Source of the DNA: a virus
Taxonomy: Duplodnaviria; Caudoviricetes
Strand: one strand, 5' to 3'
Virus record (IMG/VR): IMGVR_UViG_3300021431_000075
Span: 609,115-673,114 of that record
Length of the DNA: 64,000 nt
Each line of letters starts with the position of its first letter. Position 1 is the stretch's first letter. Below, piece after piece: positions 17,972-28,116 of the stretch. The translations under genes and the position numbers were made by a program. The notes beneath the pieces were generated by a model. That model made no database searches and was not told the DNA's origin. It was given only the letters and a program-made list of their open reading frames with translations.

Positions 17972-18976
17972 TTATAAGAAAATCCCATGCTTATCAAGAG
18001 CGACTCTTATGCTCATGGCAACATGATATGCAAGATTAACCGGAACCGCATTTCCGACCATCTTGTAGCCCATATTCACATCTTTGTAATAGAATATGAA
18101 ATCATCCGGGAATGTCTGAATTCTTGCAACCTCGCGAACAGTCATCCTTCTGTACAAATGCTCATATCCCGGAGCAAATATCTGGCTGTTCGGACCAGTC
18201 TTGACCATTTTCGGAGCCTGCGGATGCAACTGGCACTGACGGCCGCTTGCCTGAACAGTGAATGCAGGTTCATCCCATGAACGAACCCTGTTTCTTGACA
18301 TGAATATCGGAGAATATGAACCTGTAAAGTACTCATGGTTCGGAACTGCGCATGCATCACCGTTCGTCTTGTTCTTCTCAAGAGCCGGAATCGCGTTGTC
18401 CTTTAAGTCCAATATACACTCGCGCAATGTCGGCTTATGATCACATGGTCTCGGATACTCAAAGTCATGGATTTCCAAGTCCTTTCTGAAACCTATATAG
18501 AATACCCGAAGCCTGTCTTCCGGACATTCAAAGTCATTCGCGTTCAGCATCTTAAGGTTGACATTATAGCCAGCATCATCAAAAAGACGCATAAATCCAT
18601 CAACTGCCGCAGAATGTCGCTTTGCCAGCATTCCAGAAACATTCTCAGCAACAAAGAAAAGTGGCTGCACTGCCTTCAATATTCTAATATACTCATAGAA
18701 AAGTTGACCGCGCGCATCATCTATTCCTCTCAATGTTCCGCCCTCGCTCCAAGACTGGCATGGTGGACCGCCGATAATTCCTGCTATCTGTTCTGGAAAT
18801 ACGTTTTCTTTCAAATCTCGTATGTCTCCTTCAATCAATTGCGTGTCAGGGAAATTAGCTTTGAATGTCGGACATATCTTGGAATCAAATTCATTTGCTA
18901 TAATGGTCTGGAATCCAGCATTATGAAAACCTTTGTCAAGACCACCAGCACCTGAAAATAAACTGATTAAATTCAT
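17972..18976 (-). CDS. DNA (cytosine-5)-methyltransferase, M.HaeIII-like (predicted GGCC), orphan
   Basis: FSGAGG, GGPPCQ, ENV and GNAV motifs; [29 protein letters not shown] as recalled for M.HaeIII; start MNLISLF at 18976. Confidence 0.93.
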   Translation of the reverse strand: MNLISLFSGAGGLDKGFHNAGFQTIIANEFDSKICPTFKANFPDTQLIEGDIRDLKENVFPEQIAGIIGGPPCQSWSEGGTLRGIDDARGQLFYEYIRILKAVQPLFFVAENVSGMLAKRHSAAVDGFMRLFDDAGYNVNLKMLNANDFECPEDRLRVFYIGFRKDLEIHDFEYPRPCDHKPTLRECILDLKDNAIPALEKNKTNGDACAVPNHEYFTGSYSPIFMSRNRVRSWDEPAFTVQASGRQCQLHPQAPKMVKTGPNSQIFAPGYEHLYRRMTVREVARIQTFPDDFIFYYKDVNMGYKMVGNAVPVNLAYHVAMSIRVALDKHGIFL

Positions 18977-19013
18977 TGAAAGAAAATAAATATTTAAATT
19001 ACAACACAACCTG

Positions 19014-19472
19014 ATGAGAAACGACTACAAACAAGACTTTCTTGACGAATTCAAGAGACTAACACACATCGACGATTTGACAATGCAAGATGTCATCGGC
19101 GCGATGTACATCATGTTCAAGAACTGCCAGCTCAGGAAAGCGTCAAGCGGTCCCATCTACTCAAAGAAGCAGCTCACGTATCTTCATCAAGAACTTCTCA
19201 ACGGAGACGACTTCTACTCATCAGGTTTATCAAACTTCAAGGACGCTGTCCGCCAGACAAGACATGACCGCAAAGCAAGAGTCTCAAAAGAAGAACTTGC
19301 AAGACGACAAGAGCAAGAAAGAATCCATTACTATGACGACTGCAAATTAAGGAGTCCGGAAGAAGACATGTCTTTTGTTTCAAACGAACTTCTAAACAAC
19401 GACGACATCTTCTATGAGTCTGTTCTGTTCAGCAAGTTCAAGAAAAACAACAGAGACCTATTTCTCTTTTGA
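19014..19472 (+). CDS. Hypothetical protein
   Basis: 152-aa ORF with core codon usage. Confidence 0.65.
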   Translation: MRNDYKQDFLDEFKRLTHIDDLTMQDVIGAMYIMFKNCQLRKASSGPIYSKKQLTYLHQELLNGDDFYSSGLSNFKDAVRQTRHDRKARVSKEELARRQEQERIHYYDDCKLRSPEEDMSFVSNELLNNDDIFYESVLFSKFKKNNRDLFLF

Positions 19473-19934
19473 GTCGTTCTTGTCTTTCTTTGGCTTGCTC
19501 GTCTCTCCAAGCCATCCGCTTATGTTCTGATATATCATATTGCACTTATGGATTCTATGTTCCTCATCACCATCCATGTCATCAATATGCATCAGAATGA
19601 ACCGCTTTCTGTCCATCTCCCTGACTTTCTGAGTCAAACCGTAGTTTGCACGAACAAAACTGGTTGTTCTTCCATATTCTCTATCTGAATATATGTTATG
19701 CTCGTGCGGAAAGTCAGAGTACTCTCTATTGATAGACACAATAAGTTCATCAAGCCATCTCCAGCATTCAACCGGCGCAGGCTCGATTCCCTGATACTTG
19801 CAGCAAATGTCCCTAATCTGCTGGATATTCTCGTTGATATGCTTATAAATGACAACTTTTATGAAGTCGCAATAGTCAACAGACTTCTTCGGCTTCCGAT
19901 TTGACTTTTTCGGTTCAACATTCTTTTTTGCCAT
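19458..19934 (-). CDS. Hypothetical protein
   Basis: 158-aa ORF coupled to upstream gene. Confidence 0.7.
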   Translation of the reverse strand: MAKKNVEPKKSNRKPKKSVDYCDFIKVVIYKHINENIQQIRDICCKYQGIEPAPVECWRWLDELIVSINREYSDFPHEHNIYSDREYGRTTSFVRANYGLTQKVREMDRKRFILMHIDDMDGDEEHRIHKCNMIYQNISGWLGETSKPKKDKNDSKEK

Positions 19935-20292
19935 CTACATTACATTTAATTTGTCTCATAACTCCAATAGTTCTTTCCACTACTTCTTTCAAAGGCATCA
20001 CATCGATCACTAACGTTTTGTGGTTCAATGCCAATGAAAACATCACGTCATCCGTCAGTTCTCCAACATTTGATGCAACCGAGAGAAACAATCCGTTTTC
20101 CAGATTCAAATTAAAATCTATCAAGTTCTTCTTTCTGCTCACATCAACGAATGCGCTGCATATGTTCAAGCATTTTAGTTCATTGGCAATCTTCATAAAC
20201 AAAGGTTCAAAATGCTCAATATCATCTTGAGAATCGTTGAAGTTCTCTGAAAATGACTTATATAATTTATCGAAACATTTTTCTTCCATCAT
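19915..20292 (-). CDS. Hypothetical protein
   Basis: 125-aa ORF directly after helicase. Confidence 0.65.
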   Translation of the reverse strand: MMEEKCFDKLYKSFSENFNDSQDDIEHFEPLFMKIANELKCLNICSAFVDVSRKKNLIDFNLNLENGLFLSVASNVGELTDDVMFSLALNHKTLVIDVMPLKEVVERTIGVMRQIKCNVDGKKEC

Positions 20293-20297
20293 TTTTG

Positions 20298-22250
20298 CTA
20301 TGAATTGATAACTTTAATCCTGTTCCGAATGTCCGGAGAGTACTGCCCGGAAGTCTCCTCGTACAACTTACCAAAACATCCGTCCAGAATGAACGTCGTG
20401 CAATAGTCGCTCTCGTTCCTGACACCGCGACCGATGTTCTGGATAATCGTGTTCGATGTCGTTGATGTGTACCACAGGGGAAATATGTTCATCTTCGCCT
20501 TGACCGTCTTTGAAGATATGTTCGGGTACGGAACCTTCGCTATGATAATGAACCTGCACAAGTCCCCCGGCAAGTCAACACCCTCGACAAGAGTCGGTCC
20601 GATGATGACATTGTTCCTTGAGTTTATATATTTCTTGATTTGCTCGTTCTTGTCTTTTGATGTTATGTACATGCACAGTCGCTTCTTGATTTCAGGCGGC
20701 GCGTCATCATAGATGGACTTCGCATTGTCATATGAACCGGTGTTAATCATCCCGTGCTGTTCAGAGAACTGCGGAGATGCAAGAATCCTGTAAATGATTT
20801 TCTTGATTTCCGGAAAATCAACACTCTTTCTGTTATATGACATCTTGTATGTCGGAATGTAGTATATCGGAGACTTCGTGAAGTCGAATATGTTCGGAAT
20901 GTCAAGATAGCGAGCCTGCTTGCTATCTGTGTATTGAACACCGATGCTTTCAGAAAAGAAATCCTTGTTTCCGACAGTCGCAGATGTACAGACCTTGAAC
21001 TTCGCGTTCTTCATCAGGAACCTGTAACACAGATAGTCATCCTTGACGCAGTTCAACTCGTATGAAACTGCCTGCGTCATCCTATCAACAATCTTCTCGA
21101 CCACGACAAACTCATCGCCGGCATCATCAATGCAGTTCACGAACTCGCAAACCATCGACGCGTAGTTGTGAACCCATGACAGAATCTTGAATGAAGTCAT
21201 CAAGTCCTTGTCTTCCTTCGTCTGCCGGTAAGACGGCTTTGTCGAAAAATCAGAACCGTGATTGTTCTTGATAAATTCAAGGCACTTATCAGCGACTCCG
21301 TTCACGAAAGCCATCAGACTTCCAAACTCCCTGATAAACGAAGCCTTCATCATCATAAGATTGTCTTGCTTGGACGATATGGAAAAGCAGTGCATGAAAT
21401 AGTCATACTTGTCAAGAATATCATTGACACTTGCGACTTTCGACATCGGCATTCCGGCTATGCTAAACTGTTCAGACCCAGCAAGTTCCCTTGCAATGTC
21501 GTCACGAAGAAACTCAACACAAGCCGGAGCCTCGACACCGTTCAACATGGCATAGTTCAATACTATCTCTATCTTTGCACGGTCCGCTTCAACATTAATG
21601 ACAGGCTTTGAAAAATTCTCAACAATAGTCGGAATATTATGGCACTCGTCGCAGAATATCACATCCCGCGGAAAGAAACCGGCAGCATCATCGCTACTAC
21701 GTTCAACAAGATTCATCTGGTATAACCACAACTGATATGTCAACAAAGTCACATCTGTCTTTTCAGCACGAAAACGATGCATCATGTACTGACACGTGTC
21801 AACACAGTTGAAACCCATACGCTCTCTTGATTCCTTATTCCTGAGGATTTTCAATCCGACCTTCTGAATCTTGCACATGCCGAGATTGTAGTCCATGTGG
21901 TTCTTGAAACAAGTGTAGTTACCAATAGAACCTTTCAAATAACCGAAACGCTTCAGCTTGAACTTGTTAATCGCGTCCATATACTGAGACCACAAGTACA
22001 AATCAGATGCAAGTATATAAGACTTCTTTCCGTAGTATGTAGCAAGAACACCGGCAGATATAATACATATCAGGCTCTTGCCTGAACCGGTCGGAGCCTG
22101 AATAACAGTCGTCTCATGCGACTTGTTGATAATGTTGTCTATTATGTACACTATAGACTCAAGCTGATTCTTTCTGAACGAAAACCTGTCTCCAAGATTC
22201 TCGCCAGCCCACTTGACAACATTGTCTCTTATTTCGATTAGTTCTGCCAT
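20298..22250 (-). CDS. DinG/Rad3-like SF2 DNA helicase
   Basis: APTGSGKS, Cys cluster (possible Fe-S), DECH, SAT, EGVDLPGD, IIIAKVPYP and QNIGRGVR; likely start MAEL at 22250. Confidence 0.9.
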   Translation of the reverse strand: MAELIEIRDNVVKWAGENLGDRFSFRKNQLESIVYIIDNIINKSHETTVIQAPTGSGKSLICIISAGVLATYYGKKSYILASDLYLWSQYMDAINKFKLKRFGYLKGSIGNYTCFKNHMDYNLGMCKIQKVGLKILRNKESRERMGFNCVDTCQYMMHRFRAEKTDVTLLTYQLWLYQMNLVERSSDDAAGFFPRDVIFCDECHNIPTIVENFSKPVINVEADRAKIEIVLNYAMLNGVEAPACVEFLRDDIARELAGSEQFSIAGMPMSKVASVNDILDKYDYFMHCFSISSKQDNLMMMKASFIREFGSLMAFVNGVADKCLEFIKNNHGSDFSTKPSYRQTKEDKDLMTSFKILSWVHNYASMVCEFVNCIDDAGDEFVVVEKIVDRMTQAVSYELNCVKDDYLCYRFLMKNAKFKVCTSATVGNKDFFSESIGVQYTDSKQARYLDIPNIFDFTKSPIYYIPTYKMSYNRKSVDFPEIKKIIYRILASPQFSEQHGMINTGSYDNAKSIYDDAPPEIKKRLCMYITSKDKNEQIKKYINSRNNVIIGPTLVEGVDLPGDLCRFIIIAKVPYPNISSKTVKAKMNIFPLWYTSTTSNTIIQNIGRGVRNESDYCTTFILDGCFGKLYEETSGQYSPDIRNRIKVINS

Positions 22251-22363
22251 TTCTTTAAACAAAAAGGCAGAAAGTTCATCATGCAAAAAAATTATTAAAA
22301 AAACAATCAGAACTTCTGCCTCAACAAAAAACTACAATGAAAATGAACTATTAACTATTAAAA

Positions 22364-23224
22364 TTACTTTTTCTGTTCCTCGTTCGCGACATCAGTTGCA
22401 GCTTCACGAACAACTTCCTTCAACTTCTCGTCATCTTCCGGAAGATTGCTTGCAGTGATTGCATTGCTGAATTCAATGAACTCTTCAAGAGCGGAAATCT
22501 TAAGATTCATCTTCAACCCGGCATATGCCAAGTCAACTCTCTGCTTCAAGATGTTGAGTTTCTTGTCGATTCCGGCAAGCGTATCAACATACATCTTCAC
22601 TTTCTCAAGAATGCCGCTGTATGTTACAGGAGCATCTTCCTCTGACAAGGTATCCTTCTCGATATCATAATTCTCATATTTTGCGATGAGAAGCGCGGAT
22701 TCAAGACCTGTTCCGCTTGGATTCATCATTGAATTGTACAAGAATATGAGAGTCTGATAGTCGATTGCAAAGTCCTTCTCCGGGTCATTCTCAAGTTCGG
22801 CAATATGCTTATCAACCACTCTGTCAAACATGATGACACCGCGCCATCCGGCTTTTTCCCAATGATTGAAATGAGCATTCCATTCTTTCAGGAACTTTGC
22901 AGACTTAAGGGCGAGTCCGTCCTCATGGACAGCAATGATGTAATTGCGGTTCTTTGTCTTCTCTATTTCATCCTCGAATGTTTTCTTTGCTTCCGCAATA
23001 TCATCATCAGTCGCATCTTCCGGATCGATTTCAGCCCACTTTGAGAACTTGCTATTGAACTCCTTGCGTGTCGTGATTCGCATATACTGAATCTGCTCGT
23101 CTGTGAACTCGCCAACCTCAGTAGGGATCACTTCTTCCTGCTTTTCAGTACCAACATCTACCGGCTTTTCTTCTTGCGCCTTTGTCTCAACAGTTTCAAT
23201 TTTCTTCTGGTCTTTTTTAGACAT
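22364..23224 (-). CDS. Hypothetical acidic protein
   Basis: 286-aa ORF with own TAAAC-N17-GTATAC promoter. Confidence 0.8.
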   Translation of the reverse strand: MSKKDQKKIETVETKAQEEKPVDVGTEKQEEVIPTEVGEFTDEQIQYMRITTRKEFNSKFSKWAEIDPEDATDDDIAEAKKTFEDEIEKTKNRNYIIAVHEDGLALKSAKFLKEWNAHFNHWEKAGWRGVIMFDRVVDKHIAELENDPEKDFAIDYQTLIFLYNSMMNPSGTGLESALLIAKYENYDIEKDTLSEEDAPVTYSGILEKVKMYVDTLAGIDKKLNILKQRVDLAYAGLKMNLKISALEEFIEFSNAITASNLPEDDEKLKEVVREAATDVANEEQKK

Positions 23225-23259
23225 ATAAATTATATTGATTTTTCTTTTTAGTCTTTACA

Positions 23260-23289
23260 GTATACAACAAAAGTCCGATTTAGTTTAAA
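23260..23289 (-). promoter_or_regulatory. Phage promoter class TTTAAAC-N17-GTATAC
   Basis: TTTAAACTAAATCGGACTTTTGTTGTATAC. Confidence 0.8.
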
Positions 23290-23503
23290 ATTTCGAGACT
23301 TTTATGAATCTTCTATACTTTTTCAACGCGCATATCGAACACGGAACAATCAGGTCAACACTCTTGTCATACATCTTCCGGAAGTTCTTAATCGAGTCCG
23401 AATTTGCATACAGTTGCCCGTAATACAGTACATCAACAGTCCCTCGACCGTTCTGTATGATGTTCTTCTTAAAGAATACGTTCCTGTATTTCTTTCCGTC
23501 CAT
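23285..23503 (-). CDS. Small hypothetical protein
   Basis: 72-aa ORF in operon. Confidence 0.55.
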   Translation of the reverse strand: MDGKKYRNVFFKKNIIQNGRGTVDVLYYGQLYANSDSIKNFRKMYDKSVDLIVPCSICALKKYRRFIKVSKF

Positions 23504-23515
23504 ATCTTTCTTAAA

Positions 23516-24025
23516 TTAAAGAACGAATGCAAATACTGTTCCTGCGACTGCAGCAACAACAGCAAGCGGAATGCCAAACACTTTCATATATATCTTCGGC
23601 TTCATCTTGTCATCAACCATAGGGTTGAATCTCCACACAGCCAGATACGTGAGGCTGATTTCTTCAGATGACGGGTCCTCCACATGGTAGAACTCCGGTA
23701 TCGTTATGTACTCTCCGCCGCCCATCTCCCTCTTAAGAAACTGCGTAGCAAAATACGTGTTCTCGTTCAGTTTGTCCTGTATCAAGTAGTCCTGCCCGCT
23801 TGTCTGGAACTCAACCGGGACAGAAGTAACCAGAAACACGCTCTCGCCGTCATCGCCAATCTTAAAATTCTGCTTCACGAACGGGCTTTCTGCATCAGCA
23901 GAAGCCTCGTGTATAACACGGACAAACTCCTTCTTGTATTTCTTATCGAGACCAATCTGTCGGTAAGCATTGACAGTCTCGTAGTAAAATTCCTTTAAAT
24001 TCTCTAACCACTTCATTTTAGTCAA
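23516..24025 (-). CDS. Membrane-anchored hypothetical protein
   Basis: C-terminal hydrophobic helix VFGIPLAVVAAVAGTVFAFVL. Confidence 0.75.
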   Translation of the reverse strand: MTKMKWLENLKEFYYETVNAYRQIGLDKKYKKEFVRVIHEASADAESPFVKQNFKIGDDGESVFLVTSVPVEFQTSGQDYLIQDKLNENTYFATQFLKREMGGGEYITIPEFYHVEDPSSEEISLTYLAVWRFNPMVDDKMKPKIYMKVFGIPLAVVAAVAGTVFAFVL

Positions 24026-24938
24026 AAATATAAATTAGGTCATTCTCATCATTGATCGAATCTACATATGAATTGTACTCAAGCTCATTCAGGTCTTTCT
24101 CCTGATTGACATCAAGATACATTCTGTACAGATTCGAATGCTTGTCCATCATGATTTCAGAAAGAAGCCTCTTGTTCTGATAGTATATGTTCTTCGCGTC
24201 ATGCTCCTTTATGTTGAGAGTCTGTCCGATTTGCTTGAACGTCATTCCCTGATTGATTTTCATATCAACAATCTTCCGGAACATCGGACTCATCGTGCTT
24301 ATCTCTGCCAGGGAAGCGTCATATATGCGCTTCGTGACAACCTCATACGAGTTCGTCAGTATGTTCCCGTCATCATCGACCGTATAATAGTTGTCAGGAG
24401 TGCTGTTCTTCTCATCGTGAGGATTGTCTCCGCGATATATGCTATCGACAATATCATTCAAGTCGATGTCCAGACAATAGTTGCGGTCTGTCTTGACAGC
24501 GGTCATGCAAAGATTCCTGCAAATCGTATAAAGCCATGTGCTATAAGTCTTTGCACGGTCAAACATGTCTCTGTAGTTCCATGCGCGCATGAATGTCTCT
24601 GAAACTATATCGTCAGACTTCTCCCAGTCTCCTATGATGCGTGCAGCATAGCTGTGAACACCATAGTAAAATCTCTTCCATATATTGGAAAAGTTAGAAG
24701 ATGTTGGCTTGTTATAGAATTCCTCGACGATGTCTCTGTCTATCTCGGCTTGCGTTTTCGCTTTTCTTCCGGTTGATTTCTTCGAATCGTTCTTCCGTGT
24801 CTTTGAATCTTCAACATAGTCACTTTCATATTCTTCGATGCTATCTAACCTATCATTGAAATTGTCGTCCGCATCTTCTGCCAGACGACCTAATCCATCT
24901 GAAGCATAGTCATCATTAGTTCCAATTTCCTTAGTCAT
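24018..24938 (-). CDS. Phage sigma-70/ECF-like RNA polymerase sigma factor
   Basis: Region 2 (DDIVSETFMRAW..FD..YSTWLYTICRNLC) and region 4 HTH (GMTFKQIGQTLNI). Confidence 0.88.
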   Translation of the reverse strand: MTKEIGTNDDYASDGLGRLAEDADDNFNDRLDSIEEYESDYVEDSKTRKNDSKKSTGRKAKTQAEIDRDIVEEFYNKPTSSNFSNIWKRFYYGVHSYAARIIGDWEKSDDIVSETFMRAWNYRDMFDRAKTYSTWLYTICRNLCMTAVKTDRNYCLDIDLNDIVDSIYRGDNPHDEKNSTPDNYYTVDDDGNILTNSYEVVTKRIYDASLAEISTMSPMFRKIVDMKINQGMTFKQIGQTLNIKEHDAKNIYYQNKRLLSEIMMDKHSNLYRMYLDVNQEKDLNELEYNSYVDSINDENDLIYIFD

Positions 24939-25104
24939 TGCAGTTAATTAATATTATCCTGATGAACAAAAAACATCTATTGTACTATTTATAAATGTTT
25001 TTATTTGAATTAGAAATATGCATCTAAAAAATATTTAAAATTTCCTAAAATGCATAATTTTCAAGAAATTCATCAATCAAACATTTGTCGTGTCGATTTT
25101 ATAG

Positions 25105-25135
25105 TGCAAAGATAAAAAACTTTTTTCAAAACAAA
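25105..25135 (-). promoter_or_regulatory. Bacteroidota housekeeping-sigma-type promoter upstream of phage sigma gene
   Basis: TTTG-N17-TATCTTTGCA on minus strand (consensus TTTG..TAnnTTTG). Confidence 0.65.
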
Positions 25136-25180
25136 AAAATTTTTCAAGACTTCTTTAAAGTTTTTTAACCTAAAGTAGAA

Positions 25181-25209
25181 AAAGGCTTGAAAATAAAATT
25201 CAAGCCTTT
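25181..25209 (-). terminator. Terminator after glycosyltransferase
   Basis: AAAGGCTTGAA/TTCAAGCCTTT. Confidence 0.75.
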
Positions 25210-25291
25210 GACTTTTTGTTAGTTTAACATACTGATTTTTAGCACAAAAGATATTTTTATGTCAAATTGCCAGCAAAATGAAAAGAAAATG

Positions 25292-27229
25292 CTATTTTAT
25301 AATTATCGAGCATGGACCCGAGTAATTATCGTTATGCATCTTCAATGCAAATGCAAGAGCTTCTTCCCTCGGCATGTTATTCTGATTCTCTGTTCTCAAT
25401 GCTTCTCTTTGCGTTTCCAACAACTCGAAATGCTCTTTCTTATTATGAGGAAACACGACAATCTTCTTGTCATAGACATTCTCCAGCATCTTCTGCCTCA
25501 GCACTTCAATATCTTCATCATTGCTTCTCCACAAAGCATCCACCTTGCGCATCTTCTCGGAATCATACTTCACTCTCTCTTCATTGCTGACATAGCCGGT
25601 CTTGACCTGATACATAGCATGCGTGAAGTCAATATCATCAACATTGACATCCTTGTCGATAAACAAGATTCCGCCAATCGAATGATAATACTTCTGCGCA
25701 GGGATAGCCAACTTGATAAACCTGTCATTTATAAGACCGCAAATCATATTGTCATCATGCGAGATGATTCTTTCTTCCGCACCCAGCGCATCCTTGACAG
25801 AACCAAACAACGGCATAAGAACATCAATGTTCCGCCTTGAAAAAATCATCAACTGACCGCCCATATATATGTTGAAAGCAGACCAGAATGCTGAATACAA
25901 GATTCCCGTGAAATATTTCGAGTCGTCATCAACTCCGGCAAGGAACTCGTTGATGAGAGGGATATTCAGCCAAGTAGAATTGTTCGTGCGAATCAAGTAG
26001 TCAAACTTAAGTCTCAACTGGTCAACAACGATATGCAAAGCCTCTACCGTCTTTGAATACGTTCTCAATATATTCTCGTTGATTCCGGGCTTGACACTCG
26101 GTTGCCTCTTTATATATATAATGTGTCTCTTCTCGTCCACATGTGAAATCTCTCCGGGCTTCGCATCCGTATATGTCCAGAAATCGACATCGACATTCGG
26201 ATACTTCTTATGGTCGATATTTCTCCAAGTCTCGTTTGAAACTGTCTCAAGCGTATTGAACGGTTCCATATCCGCGCTCATGGACAACACGAGCAACTTC
26301 TTGTAGTCCTTTGCCGGTCTCAATCTGGTCTTGTAGTCACAAACCGGATGAATGAACTGCTTAGGCAACTTGACGACATCGACCGTGTTTCCCGGAGTGT
26401 TGAACAGCATCTTCATCTTTCCAGTATCCTTCGTTATGTCGAAATTGTCATAAGACTCGACCGCCTGATCTATCAGGTTCTCATAATTCTCGAACACCTT
26501 CTTGCTGGACCAGTTCTCCAGTTTCTTGCGGATATTGGCACGGAGCCATGACAAATGGTGCATCTTGACTTCCTTCCACTCGAACACATGGTTCTCCACT
26601 GTATAATGAGGAACGTCAACTATCTTCCCGTCCTTTGTCCTTGCCTTCTCTATACGGTCATATGGTCTCGAAAGAACTCTTGTCGGATCTCTCGGAAGGT
26701 TGAACGACTTGCCGTCATAGTCGCATCTGTACTTCACCTTGGACACGAACGGAACATACATTCCCTGCGAAAATGGATACACAAGCAGATGCTCGTAGTC
26801 GATTGCATAGTTACAGTACTGGCAATATGTGATTTCATAGTCATGCTTGTCAATCTCGCCCAGTGCATAGTCAAACGACTTCTTCGTATAATATTCATCG
26901 GAGTCGATTACTATGCAATGAGAACAACCGTGATCTTCCGCATCCTGTATAAGAATATTTCGCTTCTTCGTCTCCTGCTTTCTTGCTTCCTCGCTCGTGT
27001 CAAGCTCAATCTCGACAATGTTATCTACAAGATGGTCCTCGTCACGCAACCTGAAAATCTCATTCAAATCAACATTTGAAATCTTGTCTCCGTGATAACT
27101 CACACGCTGCAAACCGATAGAAACATAATCAACAGACTCTCTGATTGCCGAGATTATGTTATAAAGATGCTCGGTTCCTTCGAACGCTATGATAGCAAGT
27201 CCGACTTTCTTGATATTCTTATACTTCAT
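25292..27229 (-). CDS. Two-domain glycosyltransferase (GT-A-like N-terminus; GT31/Fringe-like C-terminus)
   Basis: N-terminal IVIDSDEYY (DxD) and MHHLSW; C-terminal KFDYLIRTNNSTWLN, GGQLMIFSR and HDD. Confidence 0.65.
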   Translation of the reverse strand: MKYKNIKKVGLAIIAFEGTEHLYNIISAIRESVDYVSIGLQRVSYHGDKISNVDLNEIFRLRDEDHLVDNIVEIELDTSEEARKQETKKRNILIQDAEDHGCSHCIVIDSDEYYTKKSFDYALGEIDKHDYEITYCQYCNYAIDYEHLLVYPFSQGMYVPFVSKVKYRCDYDGKSFNLPRDPTRVLSRPYDRIEKARTKDGKIVDVPHYTVENHVFEWKEVKMHHLSWLRANIRKKLENWSSKKVFENYENLIDQAVESYDNFDITKDTGKMKMLFNTPGNTVDVVKLPKQFIHPVCDYKTRLRPAKDYKKLLVLSMSADMEPFNTLETVSNETWRNIDHKKYPNVDVDFWTYTDAKPGEISHVDEKRHIIYIKRQPSVKPGINENILRTYSKTVEALHIVVDQLRLKFDYLIRTNNSTWLNIPLINEFLAGVDDDSKYFTGILYSAFWSAFNIYMGGQLMIFSRRNIDVLMPLFGSVKDALGAEERIISHDDNMICGLINDRFIKLAIPAQKYYHSIGGILFIDKDVNVDDIDFTHAMYQVKTGYVSNEERVKYDSEKMRKVDALWRSNDEDIEVLRQKMLENVYDKKIVVFPHNKKEHFELLETQREALRTENQNNMPREEALAFALKMHNDNYSGPCSIIIK

Positions 27230-27289
27230 TTAACCCATAAAGATACATTTTATAAATTAAGATTTTCCAAAATAGAAATCTTTATGAAA

Positions 27290-27319
27290 GTATACAAGAA
27301 AAGCGGATAATAGTTTAAA
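27290..27319 (-). promoter_or_regulatory. Phage promoter class TTTAAAC-N17-GTATAC
   Basis: TTTAAACTATTATCCGCTTTTCTTGTATAC. Confidence 0.8.
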
Positions 27320-27465
27320 AATCATTAATTATTAAGCAAAAATGCAGATTTTGATTGTTTTCTATGTTTTCATGGCATAACTTAAAAATACATATATTTG
27401 CAGAAATGATTTTATATATGTAAGAAACAAAAACTGTTTCCCATTCAAAAATCACATTTTCATCA

Positions 27466-27489
27466 TTTTCAAAATAAATATCTTATAAT
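27466..27489 (+). promoter_or_regulatory. Extended late promoter of structural operon
   Basis: TTTTCAAAATAAATATCTTATAAT, 23 bp before ATG. Confidence 0.8.
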
Positions 27490-27512
27490 AAAGAAATTCA
27501 TTTTCAGATGAC

Positions 27513-28076
27513 ATGGACAATGCTCTAATAGATGTTTCCATACGCACGATGGTCGGAAACCTGCCCGGCATCATCAACGAGAACAACAAGTACATAACAG
27601 AAGAATTTGACAAGATTGTAAACAACAACAAGTATGTCCTTGATGTCAGTTCAAACAACGTAGCCGGCAAGAACGGCGTATTCACGAACCTGACAGTGGA
27701 CGGAATCGCCATCAACTCGCTGTCAATCAAGAACCAGACACAGTTCGACAACAAAATCAAAGATGTGAGAGACGGCATTGACATCACCGGTTTAATGGAC
27801 GGCACTGTCAGCGAGAAAGAACTTGTTGACAATAACGGCAACCTTCTTACAATCAATGACTTGTATAAGTTGAAACTATATGTAAGAAAGGGTTCCGTGA
27901 CTGTTCCTGTGCAAGTCGGCTTCAAATGTTCGAACAATGCATATTCATACATGCTATACTACGATGTTCTTGATGTCACGAACGACACAAAGATTGTCAA
28001 GAGAAAGTACGTGTTCGTTGACTTCAACAACAGCAACAAGCTTGTGAACACATCATCCGGCGAGATAACCCTGTAA
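27513..28076 (+). CDS. Putative virion structural protein
   Basis: 187 aa; late promoter; first gene of structural cluster. Confidence 0.6.
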   Translation: MDNALIDVSIRTMVGNLPGIINENNKYITEEFDKIVNNNKYVLDVSSNNVAGKNGVFTNLTVDGIAINSLSIKNQTQFDNKIKDVRDGIDITGLMDGTVSEKELVDNNGNLLTINDLYKLKLYVRKGSVTVPVQVGFKCSNNAYSYMLYYDVLDVTNDTKIVKRKYVFVDFNNSNKLVNTSSGEITL

Positions 28077-28116
28077 CACAAACACCCACAAATCCAAATC
28101 ATAGTGAACTTTTTAA

